This document shows positions 13,812 to 24,909 of a stretch of 64,000 nucleotides of DNA, in pieces. Each line of letters opens with the position of its first letter. Position 1 is the stretch's first letter. The position numbers and the translations under genes were made by a program. Under the pieces are notes generated by a model. That model saw only the letters and a program-made list of their open reading frames with translations, ran no database searches and was not told the DNA's origin. The stretch spans positions 62,001 through 126,000 of the forward strand of contig CBFFRQ010000069.1 of assembly GCA_965644315.1 (NCBI GenBank), written 5' to 3'. This DNA comes from Caecitellus pseudoparvulus (Eukaryota; Protista; Bigyra: Bicosoecida).

Positions 13812-16800
13812 ATGCCGTCTCGGCGGCGCCCCAGCCGGCGCAGTGTGGGGGAGGACGTCTTGGAGCAGCAGCAGCAAGAGCAGTTGTTGCAGCAGCAGGC
13901 CCTGTGGCTGGCCTCTCAAGACCTGCCCCCCCATGTGCAGGCTGGCAGCACTGCCTTCGGGCAGTACCCCTCCAGCCCGCCAGAGCCAACACCGAGGTCA
14001 GTGGCGGCGGCGGGCAGCCTTACCACTGCGCCGCCCACCCAGGCTTCTGCCTGGGGCGTGGGCCCGTACGGCACATCACATGGTAGCTCTCTGGTGTCCT
14101 TGCCTGACCCGACAGGCGCCTTCCGCAGCAGCTTAGGTGGGGGCAGTGGTCCAAGCTACGGAGGAGGGGAGGGGGTGGAGGGGGGGGGTGCCACCCCCCT
14201 CCCCGTGTACGACGTGTCCCTGTCCGCCACCTGTGTGCGGGACCTGGCCCAGGCGGCCCAGGTACGGCAGGCGGTGCGGGGACGCCCCATCCACTACCCC
14301 TTGCAGGGGGGGGCCGGGTCCGGTGCGCTGGTGACAGGGGGTCGCCCCGTCCCCCCCACCAACGGCATCCACTGCATCGCCAGCGGGGCAGAGGACCCCG
14401 CAGCAGTGGACATCATGCCAGTCGTGCGTCTGGGGCTGGTGCGTGTGGTGGGTGGGCGCCCTGTGCAGTGGGCAACTGCACTCAGCGCACTCCCGACAGC
14501 ACCCCGCCTGGTGCCGGCAGGGGAGCCGTCAGGGGTGGAGGAGGGGGAGGGGGGGGCTCCACTCCCCACGCCCACGGCACAGCAGCTGGCCCTGGAAGAT
14601 GCCGATGGCCACGCTCCAGTGCTGTGTCTGCTCGGCAGTCCGGTGGATGAGGGGGGGGTCGCCACCCTGGACCCCGGCGCAGCGGATGAGGGGGGGCGCG
14701 TCACCTTCACCTGGACGGGCGCGTCCACACACCTGCTGCTGGGGGCTGGCGGCTGCCCCTCCCCCGCCATGCAGGGCGCCGACACGCAGCTGCTGTTCGT
14801 AGTGCAGGTGCTGGCGCTAGGCCGGGGGGGGGCGGAGGCCATCGGCACTGCCTACCTGCCTGCGGTGGCTGTGGCGGCGGCGCCTCAGGGCAGACTGGCG
14901 CAGTGGCTGCCCTTGTGGCTGCCTGGATCCGGACCCAAGGCCCTCTCGCCAAGTGCCTGCCGCCGCCCCCCCCAGTGTTCCGGGTGGGTGCACGTGGCAG
15001 CGTCGGCCGCTCTGGCCATGTTGCCCACACCCCCCCCCACCGCCTTGGCCCCCCACCCCGATGTCGTGGCCCTCACTGTGGCGGTAGCGCAGGTGACGGA
15101 GGGGGGCGAGGGGCAGCGTGTGCTAGACTTGGTGCGTGCGGTGGAAGAGGGGGGGGGGGACGGCTCCCCCGGTGGCCACCCCCCCCACACCCCCTCGCCT
15201 CGCCGCCGCCCCCGCTCCGCCACCACGCGCACCACCCGCCCCCGTGGTATGCGGGCGCCCGTGGATGCCATAGGGCACGATGCAGCGGCCGTGCTGCCGT
15301 ACTTGTCAGGCAGCCCCACGCCCCACCGGACCTCGCGCCGGGCAGCGGCGGTGTACGCCAGCGAACTGCACGGGACACTGCCGCCGCCTCGTGGGCGGTC
15401 CACGGCCTCCCCACGGCGCCCAGCATCGGCAGCCACCCGACGCAGTGGGCGAAGGAGCAGTGGGGGCGGCAGCGCACATGGCGCCACCCACGCTGCCCCC
15501 CGCCTGCGGGAAGGGCCGTTGCGGAAACAGGCCAGTGACCTGCGGCAAACCCTGGCCCGCCTGCGCAGTCAGCTGACACGGGAGCGCACACAGTGCCGCC
15601 GGTTGAAACAACAGGTGTCCACGGCTCGACGACGGGCAGAGGCATCGGCGCTGGCTCTTGCGCCGCCGGGAGGGAAGCCCGGCTCGGCGTCTGCGACCCG
15701 CCGACGGCGCAAGGTGTCGCTGGTCGGCAACACGGTGCTGCCGCCGCCCAGCCCCCGCTCTGCCCAAGCAGCGTCCTTGCTGGCCATGGGCCAGGTGGAT
15801 GAGGCGTCTGTGGTGACTGGCAACTTGGCGCTGGGGCTGGGCGTGCCGCGGCATGTCGTCGGTGCGGCGTTTGGCGGCCCGGCAACCCTCAGCGGCTTGC
15901 CCCACGTCAGTCGCGCTGGAGTGCCACTGGGGCTGGTGGGGGGCCCAGCAGCCCTGCATGCTCGCCTGGCTACGCTGCGGGCGCGGGCTCAGGACAGCCA
16001 CCGGCGCCTGAGCCACCTCATGCTGACCAAGGCGCGTGCAGCGGCAGGTCGCGCTGCGAGCCACGCGGCAAGTCGGGCAACCGTGCTGAAGGCGCTCACC
16101 ACAGTGCATGCGCTGGCAGTGGGGGCGCAGCGTGAAGCGTGGATGCTGGCGGGGCGTGGGCAGGAGGCTGCCTACGCGCCAGTGCTGGACATTCTCGAGG
16201 CGCAGTTTGGCGTGTTCGTGCGGCACTGGCGGCCACTGCGAGACGACGACGACCCGCCCACCTGGCTCGTGCAGGCGGAGGCGGCGGCGGTGCAGAACAC
16301 GGGGGCCACTGCCACACAGCTGTCCCCCCATGCGACACGGGTGCTGTACGTTCCCGCCTTTTGCCGTGCTGCGGAGGCGGCGTTTCCTGGACTGCTGCGG
16401 GACGTTTCTGCGCAGCTGCGGCGGGGCCTGTCGCCCCAGCGGCAACTGCGCCTGGATGGGCTGGCAGACGAGGCGGCGCAGGTGGCGGCGGCACACCAAG
16501 ACGCCGTCATGCAGAAGCAAGTGCTGAGCAAACGCCTGGAGCGGCGGGGCATGGCCGCCCAATCCTCCCTAGCACAGGCGAAGCATCGCTTGGCCCAGGC
16601 GCGTGCTGAGCTGCGTGCAGGGCAGAGTCAGCTGACGGCTGCGTTGCAGGGGGGGCAAGGCATCGCGGAACAAGTGACTCGCTCCATCGACGTCAGCATG
16701 GTGCAGCTGGGGGTGGAGGCGGGCGCGGCGGCTGCTGAGCCGTCAGCGAACTTGACGGACCCCCATGCGTGGTCACGCTCTGCGGCCGCGGCACTGGCGG

Positions 16801-16904
16801 CCTTGCGAGCTGAGATCGCGGGCTTACGCGAAGCTCTTCGAAGGCATCGCAGCCGCACCCACGACGCCCGGCTGGCAGGCACTCTGCTGCGTGGACCAGC
16901 GTGA
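13812..16904 (+). CDS. Uncharacterised 1030-aa protein with a degenerate C2-like segment and C-terminal coiled coils
   Basis: Long uninterrupted ORF. LLFVVQVL...IGTAYLP...QWLPL resembles a C2 domain C-terminus; heptad-rich segments such as LRKQASDLRQTLARLRSQL and LAALRAEIAGLREALRR. Confidence 0.7.
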   Translation: MPSRRRPSRRSVGEDVLEQQQQEQLLQQQALWLASQDLPPHVQAGSTAFGQYPSSPPEPTPRSVAAAGSLTTAPPTQASAWGVGPYGTSHGSSLVSLPDPTGAFRSSLGGGSGPSYGGGEGVEGGGATPLPVYDVSLSATCVRDLAQAAQVRQAVRGRPIHYPLQGGAGSGALVTGGRPVPPTNGIHCIASGAEDPAAVDIMPVVRLGLVRVVGGRPVQWATALSALPTAPRLVPAGEPSGVEEGEGGAPLPTPTAQQLALEDADGHAPVLCLLGSPVDEGGVATLDPGAADEGGRVTFTWTGASTHLLLGAGGCPSPAMQGADTQLLFVVQVLALGRGGAEAIGTAYLPAVAVAAAPQGRLAQWLPLWLPGSGPKALSPSACRRPPQCSGWVHVAASAALAMLPTPPPTALAPHPDVVALTVAVAQVTEGGEGQRVLDLVRAVEEGGGDGSPGGHPPHTPSPRRRPRSATTRTTRPRGMRAPVDAIGHDAAAVLPYLSGSPTPHRTSRRAAAVYASELHGTLPPPRGRSTASPRRPASAATRRSGRRSSGGGSAHGATHAAPRLREGPLRKQASDLRQTLARLRSQLTRERTQCRRLKQQVSTARRRAEASALALAPPGGKPGSASATRRRRKVSLVGNTVLPPPSPRSAQAASLLAMGQVDEASVVTGNLALGLGVPRHVVGAAFGGPATLSGLPHVSRAGVPLGLVGGPAALHARLATLRARAQDSHRRLSHLMLTKARAAAGRAASHAASRATVLKALTTVHALAVGAQREAWMLAGRGQEAAYAPVLDILEAQFGVFVRHWRPLRDDDDPPTWLVQAEAAAVQNTGATATQLSPHATRVLYVPAFCRAAEAAFPGLLRDVSAQLRRGLSPQRQLRLDGLADEAAQVAAAHQDAVMQKQVLSKRLERRGMAAQSSLAQAKHRLAQARAELRAGQSQLTAALQGGQGIAEQVTRSIDVSMVQLGVEAGAAAAEPSANLTDPHAWSRSAAAALAALRAEIAGLREALRRHRSRTHDARLAGTLLRGPA

Positions 16905-16965
16905 TGTAGAGTTGACTGGCATGGCAGTGGTAAATGCATTGGTTGGGTGGCAACGTAACAGGGCA

Positions 16966-19900
16966 CTATGCTTGGCGGGGAGTCACCGCCACCCAGGTCC
17001 CCCCTCCCCTCCCCTCAGCTGCCTGCATGGCTCGCGCTAGGACGGACTCCGCCCCACCCCCCTTACGGGAGGGGGTCTTGGGACCGCGTCGTGGGGTGCC
17101 TCTGGAGCCGCGTGAGGGGGTGGAGGATGAGGGGGGTGTCGCCCCCCCCCCATCACGGGGGCCACGGGAGCGCACTCGGCTGGGCAGGGGTGGGCCCACT
17201 GGCGCTGGAGTGGCGCCATCGTCATGGCTGGGCGCCTGCTGCGTCCCTGACCGGCGGCGGGTGATGGCAGGGGCCCCCCGCACCCCCCCCCGCACTGCCG
17301 CTCCGGACAGGGTGAGGGACTGCAAGACAGTGGAGGCGGCAGGGGAGTCACCGGCGGCGATGGGCATGTGATGTGGCAGTGATGCACTGCGGGTGTGGGG
17401 GGGCTTGGAGGTTGAGGCGAGGTGCAGGCGACCCCCCCCTCGTGGGCGCTGCGTGCCCCCCCCCTCACTGCGCCCCACAGCCGCCACCCCCAAGTAGGCC
17501 GCAGGGTCGCTGCCGAGGGCTGCGGGTGGTCGCATGCGACCAAGGTGTGCCCTGCGCCCCATGCCCAGGTCGGTGGACTGCCCCGCTGCAATGGGGTGGG
17601 CGGGGGTGTCGGCTGCGGAGAATGGGGCCATGGGGATGTGGCTGCGAGTCAGGGGCATGGGGCGCGGGTCAGCGGCAGCACCATCCCCCTCTGGCGTCGC
17701 GGGCGACACGTCGCGGGGCAGGTCTGGCAACAGGGGGGGGGGTTCACCCGGGCCCAGGGGGGGGGTCAACTCGTTCCCACTCCCGTCAGTGGAGGAGGTG
17801 CCTGAGCCAGTGGGGGAGGGGGGGGTGGGTTCGGCAGGGGGGGTCGGCTTGGACGCCCCCCCCCCTCTTCGACGGGGACCCCCCCCGCGTCTGGGCGGCG
17901 CCCCCCCCACACTGTCCGCCAGTGCCGCATCAGACGGCGGCGGCAACCCCGCCGCCACCGCCACCCGTCGCCGTGCCCACCGATGCAACGCCTCCAAACT
18001 GCCCCACACACTGGTGCGTAGGCGGGAGGTGGCGCCAGGCAGGCCGCCTGACAACTCCACCATGGCCAGGGCCAAACCCCGCCCCACACCAGCGAAGGCG
18101 GCGGGGGGGTCGTGTGGACACGTGCCCCATGAGCATGTGCATGTGGCTGTGGCTGAGACGAGGTGGGGTGCAGTGCCCCCCCCCTCCCCTGCCACGGCGT
18201 GGTGGGCAGGGTACAGCGGCACTTCCACTGGCGTGGTGGCGTGTGCCGGTGGCGTGCATGGGAAGCCGAAGGGGGGCGTGTTCCGTGTTCCGGTCGAGGG
18301 CGGCTGCAACGAGCCCACTTGGCACAGGTAGGGCCGGTGCAGGGGCTGGGCTGTCAGGAGGGGCAGGGGGGCGGTGCCTGCTGCGACGGCGGAGATGGGG
18401 GGCTTCTTCGAGGGGGGGTCAGGCGCTCCGGGAGGGGGCCTCCAGCGACACCCACCCCCCATGCCCGGCAGGGGGTACACCTGACTCAGGAGGGGCGCAC
18501 TGGCCCGGGGGCACTGGATGACAGTGGTGGCTCCGGAGGGGGGGGGTGGGGGCGTGTCGGCACCCCCCCATCCACCCCCCGCCACCCCCCCCTCCAGGGC
18601 TACGCAGGGGGGCGGTCCCCATGAACGATGCAGCAGTGGCAGCGAGGCCTTTAGGGGAGGGGGGCCGAGGGGCTTGTGGTGTGACGACGGGTGGGCCGGT
18701 GCATGGGCCCACCCCCTCCAGCATGGGCCCATGCAGCGCCGGCGCCGCATACGCCCGTGCAAAGACTCGTGTGTGCGACAGCAGGTTGCAGCTGCCCTCC
18801 ACCGTGTACGCGTGAGGCACGCGCAGCTCCTTCCACATCCACACACGCCCGGCACCGGCCTTGTTGCCTTCGGTCTTGGCCGTAATACGCGCCTTGAAGG
18901 CGCCCCACTCCCGATTGATCCGCACCGCCTCCGCATCCGGCAGCAGCGCAGTGCCGCACCCGAAGGACAGCCCACGAGGCACGGGCTGCCGCTGCAACGC
19001 CCAAGGATCCACCACTCCCGCCACGTCAGCGGCCCACAACTCACGGAAGTCAGGGGTGCCGCGGGTGTACCCCGGGGAGGGGGTGGCAGGGGGGGTGTCA
19101 CCCCCCCCTCCACTGACGGCGGAGGCCTTGCCCAAGACATCTGAGCCGTATGGCGTGGCGTAGGCTGCGCGCTTGGAGGGGGGTTTGGGCCCCCCCTCCA
19201 CCCCCCTCCGAGCCGCCAGGCTGCGGCCATACCCACACGCGTCTGCGTTGAACTGCGGTGCGTGCAGCTGCAGCAGGTTCGTGAACACTAGGCTACGAGC
19301 CTCCAGGGGGGGGTTGGTCGCGTTGGCCAGGGTGTAGCACCCTCGCCGGGCGGTGTAGCCGTGCAGGTCCAAGCACATCCACAGGCCAGGCGGCGTGGAG
19401 GGTGTGTCTGCGGCACCCCCCCCCACCCCGCCGCGCACACGCCGAGCACTGCTGGCTGTCGCAGCCATGGCGGAAGCGCGTTGCAGGGCACCGCCCCCTC
19501 CACGCCGCCCAGTGCGGCTGCGCTGGCTGCGGGAGCTGGGCGGAGTGGAGGGGGGCGGCGTGCCTTCGATGAAACGCTCCCGAAACGCGCGGAGTGACTC
19601 CGGCGGCGCCGGCGCACACGTCGCAGCGAGGTGCTTGAGCAGCTCCCGCACAGCGTGGATGCTGGGTGCTTTTGACGGGTGCGGCGCAGCGTACTGCCGG
19701 TTCAAATTGACGCCCAGCGTGTCGGTGCGGAAGTGCCCCCAGAACACGCCGTCGGGGTTCAGCATGGGCACGACGTTGAAGAGGAAGCGCTGGCGCAGTG
19801 CGCGGGCATAGGGGTTGCGAGGCTGCAGCAGGAACGCTAGCAGCCCGTGCAGCATGTAGCTCGCTGCCGTTTCACCCGGGTGCACCCTGGCGCCGATGTA

Positions 19901-20736
19901 GATGGCTGTGCGGCCGGGGAAGCGGTGTGGGCGGGGCGTGTCGGCGTCAGGGAAGAGGCCAGGCAGACGTGGCTGGCGATCAGGTGCGATGCCCTGCAGC
20001 GCTGTGATGGTGAGCAGCTCCACCCGCCGCCCCTCAAGGCTGTGTGTGAGCAGTTCCCGGTGGTAGTACACACCCTGGCCTGGGGGGGGGTCAGCGGCAC
20101 GGCGGCGGCCTCGGCGTGCCGCCGCTGCTGCTGTGGCTGCTGCCGCGCTGCCTGGCACACCTGCGTTGCCGATGGCTTTGTCGATGTTGCCCAACAAGCG
20201 CTGGCAGTCGCAGTAGCTGAACGGGTAGTATAGGGCAAAGTGCACTTCGTCAGAGGAGAGGAAAGTGTAGGTGAACTTGACACTGAGCGCGCCGCCAGCA
20301 TGCAGGCCGAACTCCACTGGCTGCTCCAGTCTGTCGTGCAGTGAGGGGGGGGGGGCTGCGTGCCTGGGCGTGCCTGCGGAAATCGAATGCACACTCACCT
20401 CTCCCAGTCTGCGCTGCGCTCCACGACGCGCACGAGGGGGCGCAGGTCCGTATTGTACACCTTTGAAATCTGGTGCATGCCTTCGATAGTCACTCGGATC
20501 GTGCGGCCAGGTGACCCGCCGCTCACGGCGAAGTGGTACCACACTCGAAACGGCACTTCGGCAGGCGTGCCGGCGCACTCTGGCGCAGGGGCCACGGTGA
20601 AGGTGCCCGCCTCCACGCCCGCCACGGCAGAGCCCAGGTTGCCACCGTCGAAATCCGCCCGGAAGGTGAGGTTGCCGCATCGCCACCGCATGTGCGCCTT
20701 GGCGGGGTGCACTGCAGCACATGCTGGCGGCTCCAT
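16966..20736 (-). CDS. AGBL5: Cytosolic carboxypeptidase (CCP/Nna1, AGBL5-like tubulin deglutamylase); intron 20331-20398, frame break near 18500-18600
   Basis: N-domain FRADFDGGNL, VWYHFAV, FALYYPFSY; M14 motifs RVHPGE, MLNPDGV, NLNR, DLHG, YTVE; C-terminal FAGVGRGLALAMVEL...LHRW block lies in a second frame. Confidence 0.85.
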
Positions 20737-21093
20737 GGCCAGTGCTGCTCGCAGTGCTCTGCCACCCCGCGCAGGGGGGTGGCAGGAGGGCAGCACACGC
20801 GGCTGTCCTGTGTGGACAGCCGCGAGGTCGGCGGGGTGGGCGTGCGTCGTGGGAATTGCACGGAAGGGCTGGCTGTGCCGGCTGTGGCGAGTTGGAAGGT
20901 TGCCAGGGCACGCGCACAGCAGTGAGCTGAGGTGCACACATTCGCGTGTGTGTGTGTACTTGGTTCCTCGTCTGCTCGAATGTGTGCCCCCTGCGCTGCG
21001 CACGCTGTTGCCGCCTGCAGGCTCGCCTTCGCCACAGGAGCGCGTGTTGACCGGCGTTGTGTGGTGGTCAAATTCCGCGATCTCCCCGTCTCC

Positions 21094-21783
21094 ATGGCCA
21101 GCACACCCACCATGACGCCCATGGGGCTCAACATGGGGGACGCAGTTATGACAAGCATGGGCAACGGCGTCGTGCGGGGCTTTGACGGCGACAAGGTGGT
21201 GGTGCAGTACCCCTTGTGAGTGCACGCTGTGGTGACAAGCACGCCCACCACGCCAAGACATACGACCTTGCACTCCCCCCTGCGCAGTGGCGTGGGGTAC
21301 CTGCGCGCGGCCAGTGTGGAGGCTGACAGCCCCACCGCCTCCGGCGCCCAGCAGGAGGTGGTCATCACCAGTGGCCAGTCCGGCGCGAAACGCAGGGCGT
21401 TTGCGTCGCTGTGCATCGGCACCAGCGGCAGCACGCCCCCCGGCCCGCTCAGCATCCACACGCCCCCTGCGTCGTTTGCTGGCAGCGCAGTGGATGGAGA
21501 AGGCGACGTTTCCATCGGCGGGCACTCCGCTCTGCCTGGTGCAGGGATGGCCATGCCGCAAGCAGCTGCGGCGGTGCCCAGCCCCCTGTCCACGGGCAGC
21601 TGGGCCCAGCCCACTGCCACGTCCGCTGCCGCGCCACTGCAGGGGTTGGTGAAGCCCACCCCTGGCTCGTCGGCCAAGTGGGTGGCCACTCAGATGTACC
21701 CCAGCTCCGGGGAGGTGCCGTCCGCGGGGGGTGAGGGGCAGGCAATGCGCACCGCACGCGGCAGCTCCAAGCGCCGGCGGTGA
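21094..21783 (+). CDS. Small hypothetical protein with an N-terminal SH3/KOW-like beta module; intron 21216-21287
   Basis: Spliced GDAVMTSMGNGVVRGFDGDKVVVQYPFGVGYL with a GTGAGT...CAG intron, followed by a low-complexity tail ending SSKRRR. Confidence 0.6.
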
Positions 21784-22072
21784 GGCATGCCCCTGCCCCC
21801 CCATGCGTTGGGCCAGTGGGTGCGCATGGCCTGCTCCCCATGTCACTTTGCCTTGACGTAGAGCCAGGCAACGGGGGCTTGAACAGCGGCTGGACCCCCA
21901 TGCCCAGCCTTTGTGACACCCCCCCTCACGCCGTTCTGGGGGGATGCGCGCACAGCACATTTGAGTACATTTTCAATACACCTCATGCGACGTGCAGCGC
22001 TCAGCTGGCCTGGCCAGGGTGCAGCAGAGCGCAGGCAGGGCGTGCATGCAATTTCCGCACCACGCCCGTGGC

Positions 22073-23647
22073 ATGGTGTCCCCCGCTCCGCTGGCCCGAA
22101 CCTTCGCTGCATCTCTCGCACGGGCGAGCACTGCACTTGTACATCCACGGGGGCAGTTGCACCCCCTTCGCTCGCCAGCCGCGCTCGTGACAGGCATGGC
22201 GAGCACAGCAGCGCAGCCTGGCTCCGTCACGGTGTGCGGCCCAGCCCTCACCTTCACGCTGCAGGCCACCTGCGGCAAGGCACGGGCGTGTTCCCTGGCC
22301 ATGCGGCACGGCAGTGTGGACACGCCCGTGTTCATGCCTGTGGGCACGCAAGGCACCATCAAGGGGCTGACCCCTGAAGAGGTCGCAACGCACCCCCTGG
22401 ACTGCCAAATCATCCTGGGCAACACGTACCACCTGGGAAACAGGCCGGGGGGTGACGCGGTGCAGGCGCTGGGGGGCCTGCACGACATGATGGGGTGGGA
22501 CCGCTGCATCCTCACCGACTCGGGCGGCTTCCAAATGGTGTCCCTGCTGCACCTGGCGGAAATCACAGAGGAAGGCGTGAACTTCCAATCCCCCGCAGAC
22601 GGCAGCCACATGCTGCTGACGCCGGAAATGTCCATGGCCCTGCAGAACCAAATCGGCAGCGACATCATGATGGCGCTGGATGACGTCGTGGACGCCAAGA
22701 CGGTGGACGCGGAGCGTTTCAGGGAGGCCTGCTTCCGCACGCTGCGTTGGATTGACCGCTGCATCGCCGCACACAAGCGCAAGGAGGAGCAGAACTTGTT
22801 CGGCATCGTGCAGGGGGGGCTGGATGTCTCCCCTGGCGGCCTGCGGGACATCTGCCTGGAGGGCATGTTGAAACGCGACGCTGACTTGCCAGGCTACGCC
22901 ATTGGCGGGCTGGCTGGCGGCGAAGACAAGAACGACTTCTGGAGGGTGGTGGCGCACTGCTGCGACGCCCTGCCCGCTCACAAACCCAGGTACTTGATGG
23001 GAGTGGGCTACCCGCTGGACCTCGTCGTCTGCTCTGCGCTGGGCGTGGACATGTACGACTGTGTGTACCCGACACGCACAGGGCGTTTCGGCACGGCGCT
23101 CGTGCCGTGGGGCCTGCTCAAACTGAAGGCGTCTGCCTGCGCAGTGGACCCGCGCCCCATCGACCCCACCTGCCCATGTGCCACCTGTCGCAACTACTCC
23201 CGTGCCACCCTGCACGGGCTGTTGAAGTCTGACGTGGCGGCGGCGCAGCTGGTGACGCAGCACAACATCGCGTACATGCTGCGCTTGACACGTGGCATGC
23301 GCAAGGCAGTGCAGGAGGGCGCCTATCCCGACTTCGTGCGGGCCTTCATGCGGGGCATGTTCCCCACGGGCCACACTGACGTGCCCAAGTGGGTGCATGA
23401 TGCGCTCGCCCACGTCAGCATTGACTTGGGGCAGTGGGACGACCAGGACCCCCTGGCCAAGCGCTTCCTGGACCAAGTCCCGCGCGGGGGGAAGAAAGGC
23501 GACCCGGCTGTGGCACTGCCCCCCTGCCCGCTCATGGCTGCAGCCAAGCCCGCCCTGCCCACTAAGGCTGCCAAGCGCAAGGCGGTGAAGCGGCCGCCGC
23601 CTGGCACACGCCAGGCATCAGCGCCCAAGAAGCCTCGGGGGGAGTGA
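22073..23647 (+). CDS. QTRT1: Queuine tRNA-ribosyltransferase catalytic subunit (alternative start at 22196)
   Basis: TPVFMPVGT, NTYHL, LTDSGGFQ, GSDIMMALDD, LFGIVQGG, AIGGLAGGE, PRYLMGVG, DMYDCVYPTR, Zn site CPCATC..HN. Confidence 0.96.
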   Translation: MVSPAPLARTFAASLARASTALVHPRGQLHPLRSPAALVTGMASTAAQPGSVTVCGPALTFTLQATCGKARACSLAMRHGSVDTPVFMPVGTQGTIKGLTPEEVATHPLDCQIILGNTYHLGNRPGGDAVQALGGLHDMMGWDRCILTDSGGFQMVSLLHLAEITEEGVNFQSPADGSHMLLTPEMSMALQNQIGSDIMMALDDVVDAKTVDAERFREACFRTLRWIDRCIAAHKRKEEQNLFGIVQGGLDVSPGGLRDICLEGMLKRDADLPGYAIGGLAGGEDKNDFWRVVAHCCDALPAHKPRYLMGVGYPLDLVVCSALGVDMYDCVYPTRTGRFGTALVPWGLLKLKASACAVDPRPIDPTCPCATCRNYSRATLHGLLKSDVAAAQLVTQHNIAYMLRLTRGMRKAVQEGAYPDFVRAFMRGMFPTGHTDVPKWVHDALAHVSIDLGQWDDQDPLAKRFLDQVPRGGKKGDPAVALPPCPLMAAAKPALPTKAAKRKAVKRPPPGTRQASAPKKPRGE

Positions 23648-23822
23648 CTCGCCATGCACAGCTCGCGGGAGCAAGCACTCCCTTAGCACACACTCAACAA
23701 TGCACAACTACCTGACCGGCGCTCCACGGGCATGCTCTGTGCACAGGTCCTGATTTGGGCCGACACACTCCCAGCGTTGAGCGGGTGTGGCCGTCAATTT
23801 CCGCAGGCACACCGGCACAGGC

Positions 23823-24822
23823 ATGGCAGCCCGCACCAACGCCGAGATGCTGGATGGTGCGTTCCACTGCACAGGCCCTTGTGTGCTGCAGTGCAGTATG
23901 CCACCTCCCTGGCGCCCCCGCCAACCGCACAGCTGCCCTGGCGGAGCTGGATGACGAGGAGGAGCAGCAAGCCAAGTCTGCCGCCGAAGCTGCACAGGCC
24001 GCAGCAGACGCCGTGGCGGCAGCCGACGCCGCAGGCTTCCAAGGGGACGAAGACACAGATGCTGTGCGTGCTTGTGCGAGCCTGGCGGGCTGCATCCTTC
24101 CGCACACACACGCACACGCACCCCTGCCCTTCCCCCCTGCGCAGGCTGCCAAGCAGCTCATGGACAAGCTGGCCGATCCCGACTTCAAAGCGGCGCTGGA
24201 CCAGGCCATGGGGGACATGAAGGCCAGCGGCGTGCCGGACGGACAGCGTGGTGCCACGGTGGACGGCGCCGCGCCCCTGGACAGTGACGAGCTGGACGCC
24301 ACCCTGCAGGCGACGCTGGACATGATGGGGAAGCTGGGGGGAGACCCGCACGCGGCAGATGCGGCGGGGGGCATGAGCGAGGAGGCCATGGCGGAGATGA
24401 TGAAGGAGTTCGAGAGCATGGGCAAGAAGCCCGACTTCCAGGCCGTCATTGACAACATCATGAAGCAGCTGCTGACGAAAGACATCATGTTCGAGCCGGT
24501 GCAGGAGATCACGGCGCGCTTCCCCGAGTGGCTCGCCGACAACCGCGGCAAGCTGTCGGCAGAGGAGTACGCCAACTACGGCCGCATGTACCAGGCCTTC
24601 CAGCGCCTGGCCGCCACCTACGAGACGGAGCCCGACAACTTCCCCCGCATCATGGAGCTGATGCAGGACTTGCAGGCCTGCGGACAGCCCCCGGCGGACA
24701 TCATCAAGGACCTGGCGCCAGGGCTGGACTTCGGACCGGACGGCATGCCCATGCTGCCCAACATGGGCGCAGGCGTGCCCGGCATGCCCCAGCTGCCCAC
24801 CGGCGCCTGCTGCCTGCAGTGA
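23823..24822 (+). CDS. PEX19: Peroxin Pex19; exons 23823-23856, 23933-24063, 24145-24822
   Basis: N-terminal MLDAALAELD (Pex3-binding-like), MKQLLTKDIMFEP, FPEWL, LMQDLQACGQPP, C-terminal CaaX CCLQ. Confidence 0.92.
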
Positions 24823-24909
24823 CGCTGGCACCCCTCCCCCCCCTGCTTAATGAACACACCACCCGCTGCAGACATGCATTGCACAGGGGGCCTGCGCTGC
24901 AGCCGCCGT

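Noticed and set aside
20395-21960. 521-aa minus ORF as a single gene
   Set aside because: Only its last part (from ATG 20736) is CCP exon 1; the rest lies antisense to the plus-strand gene at 21094
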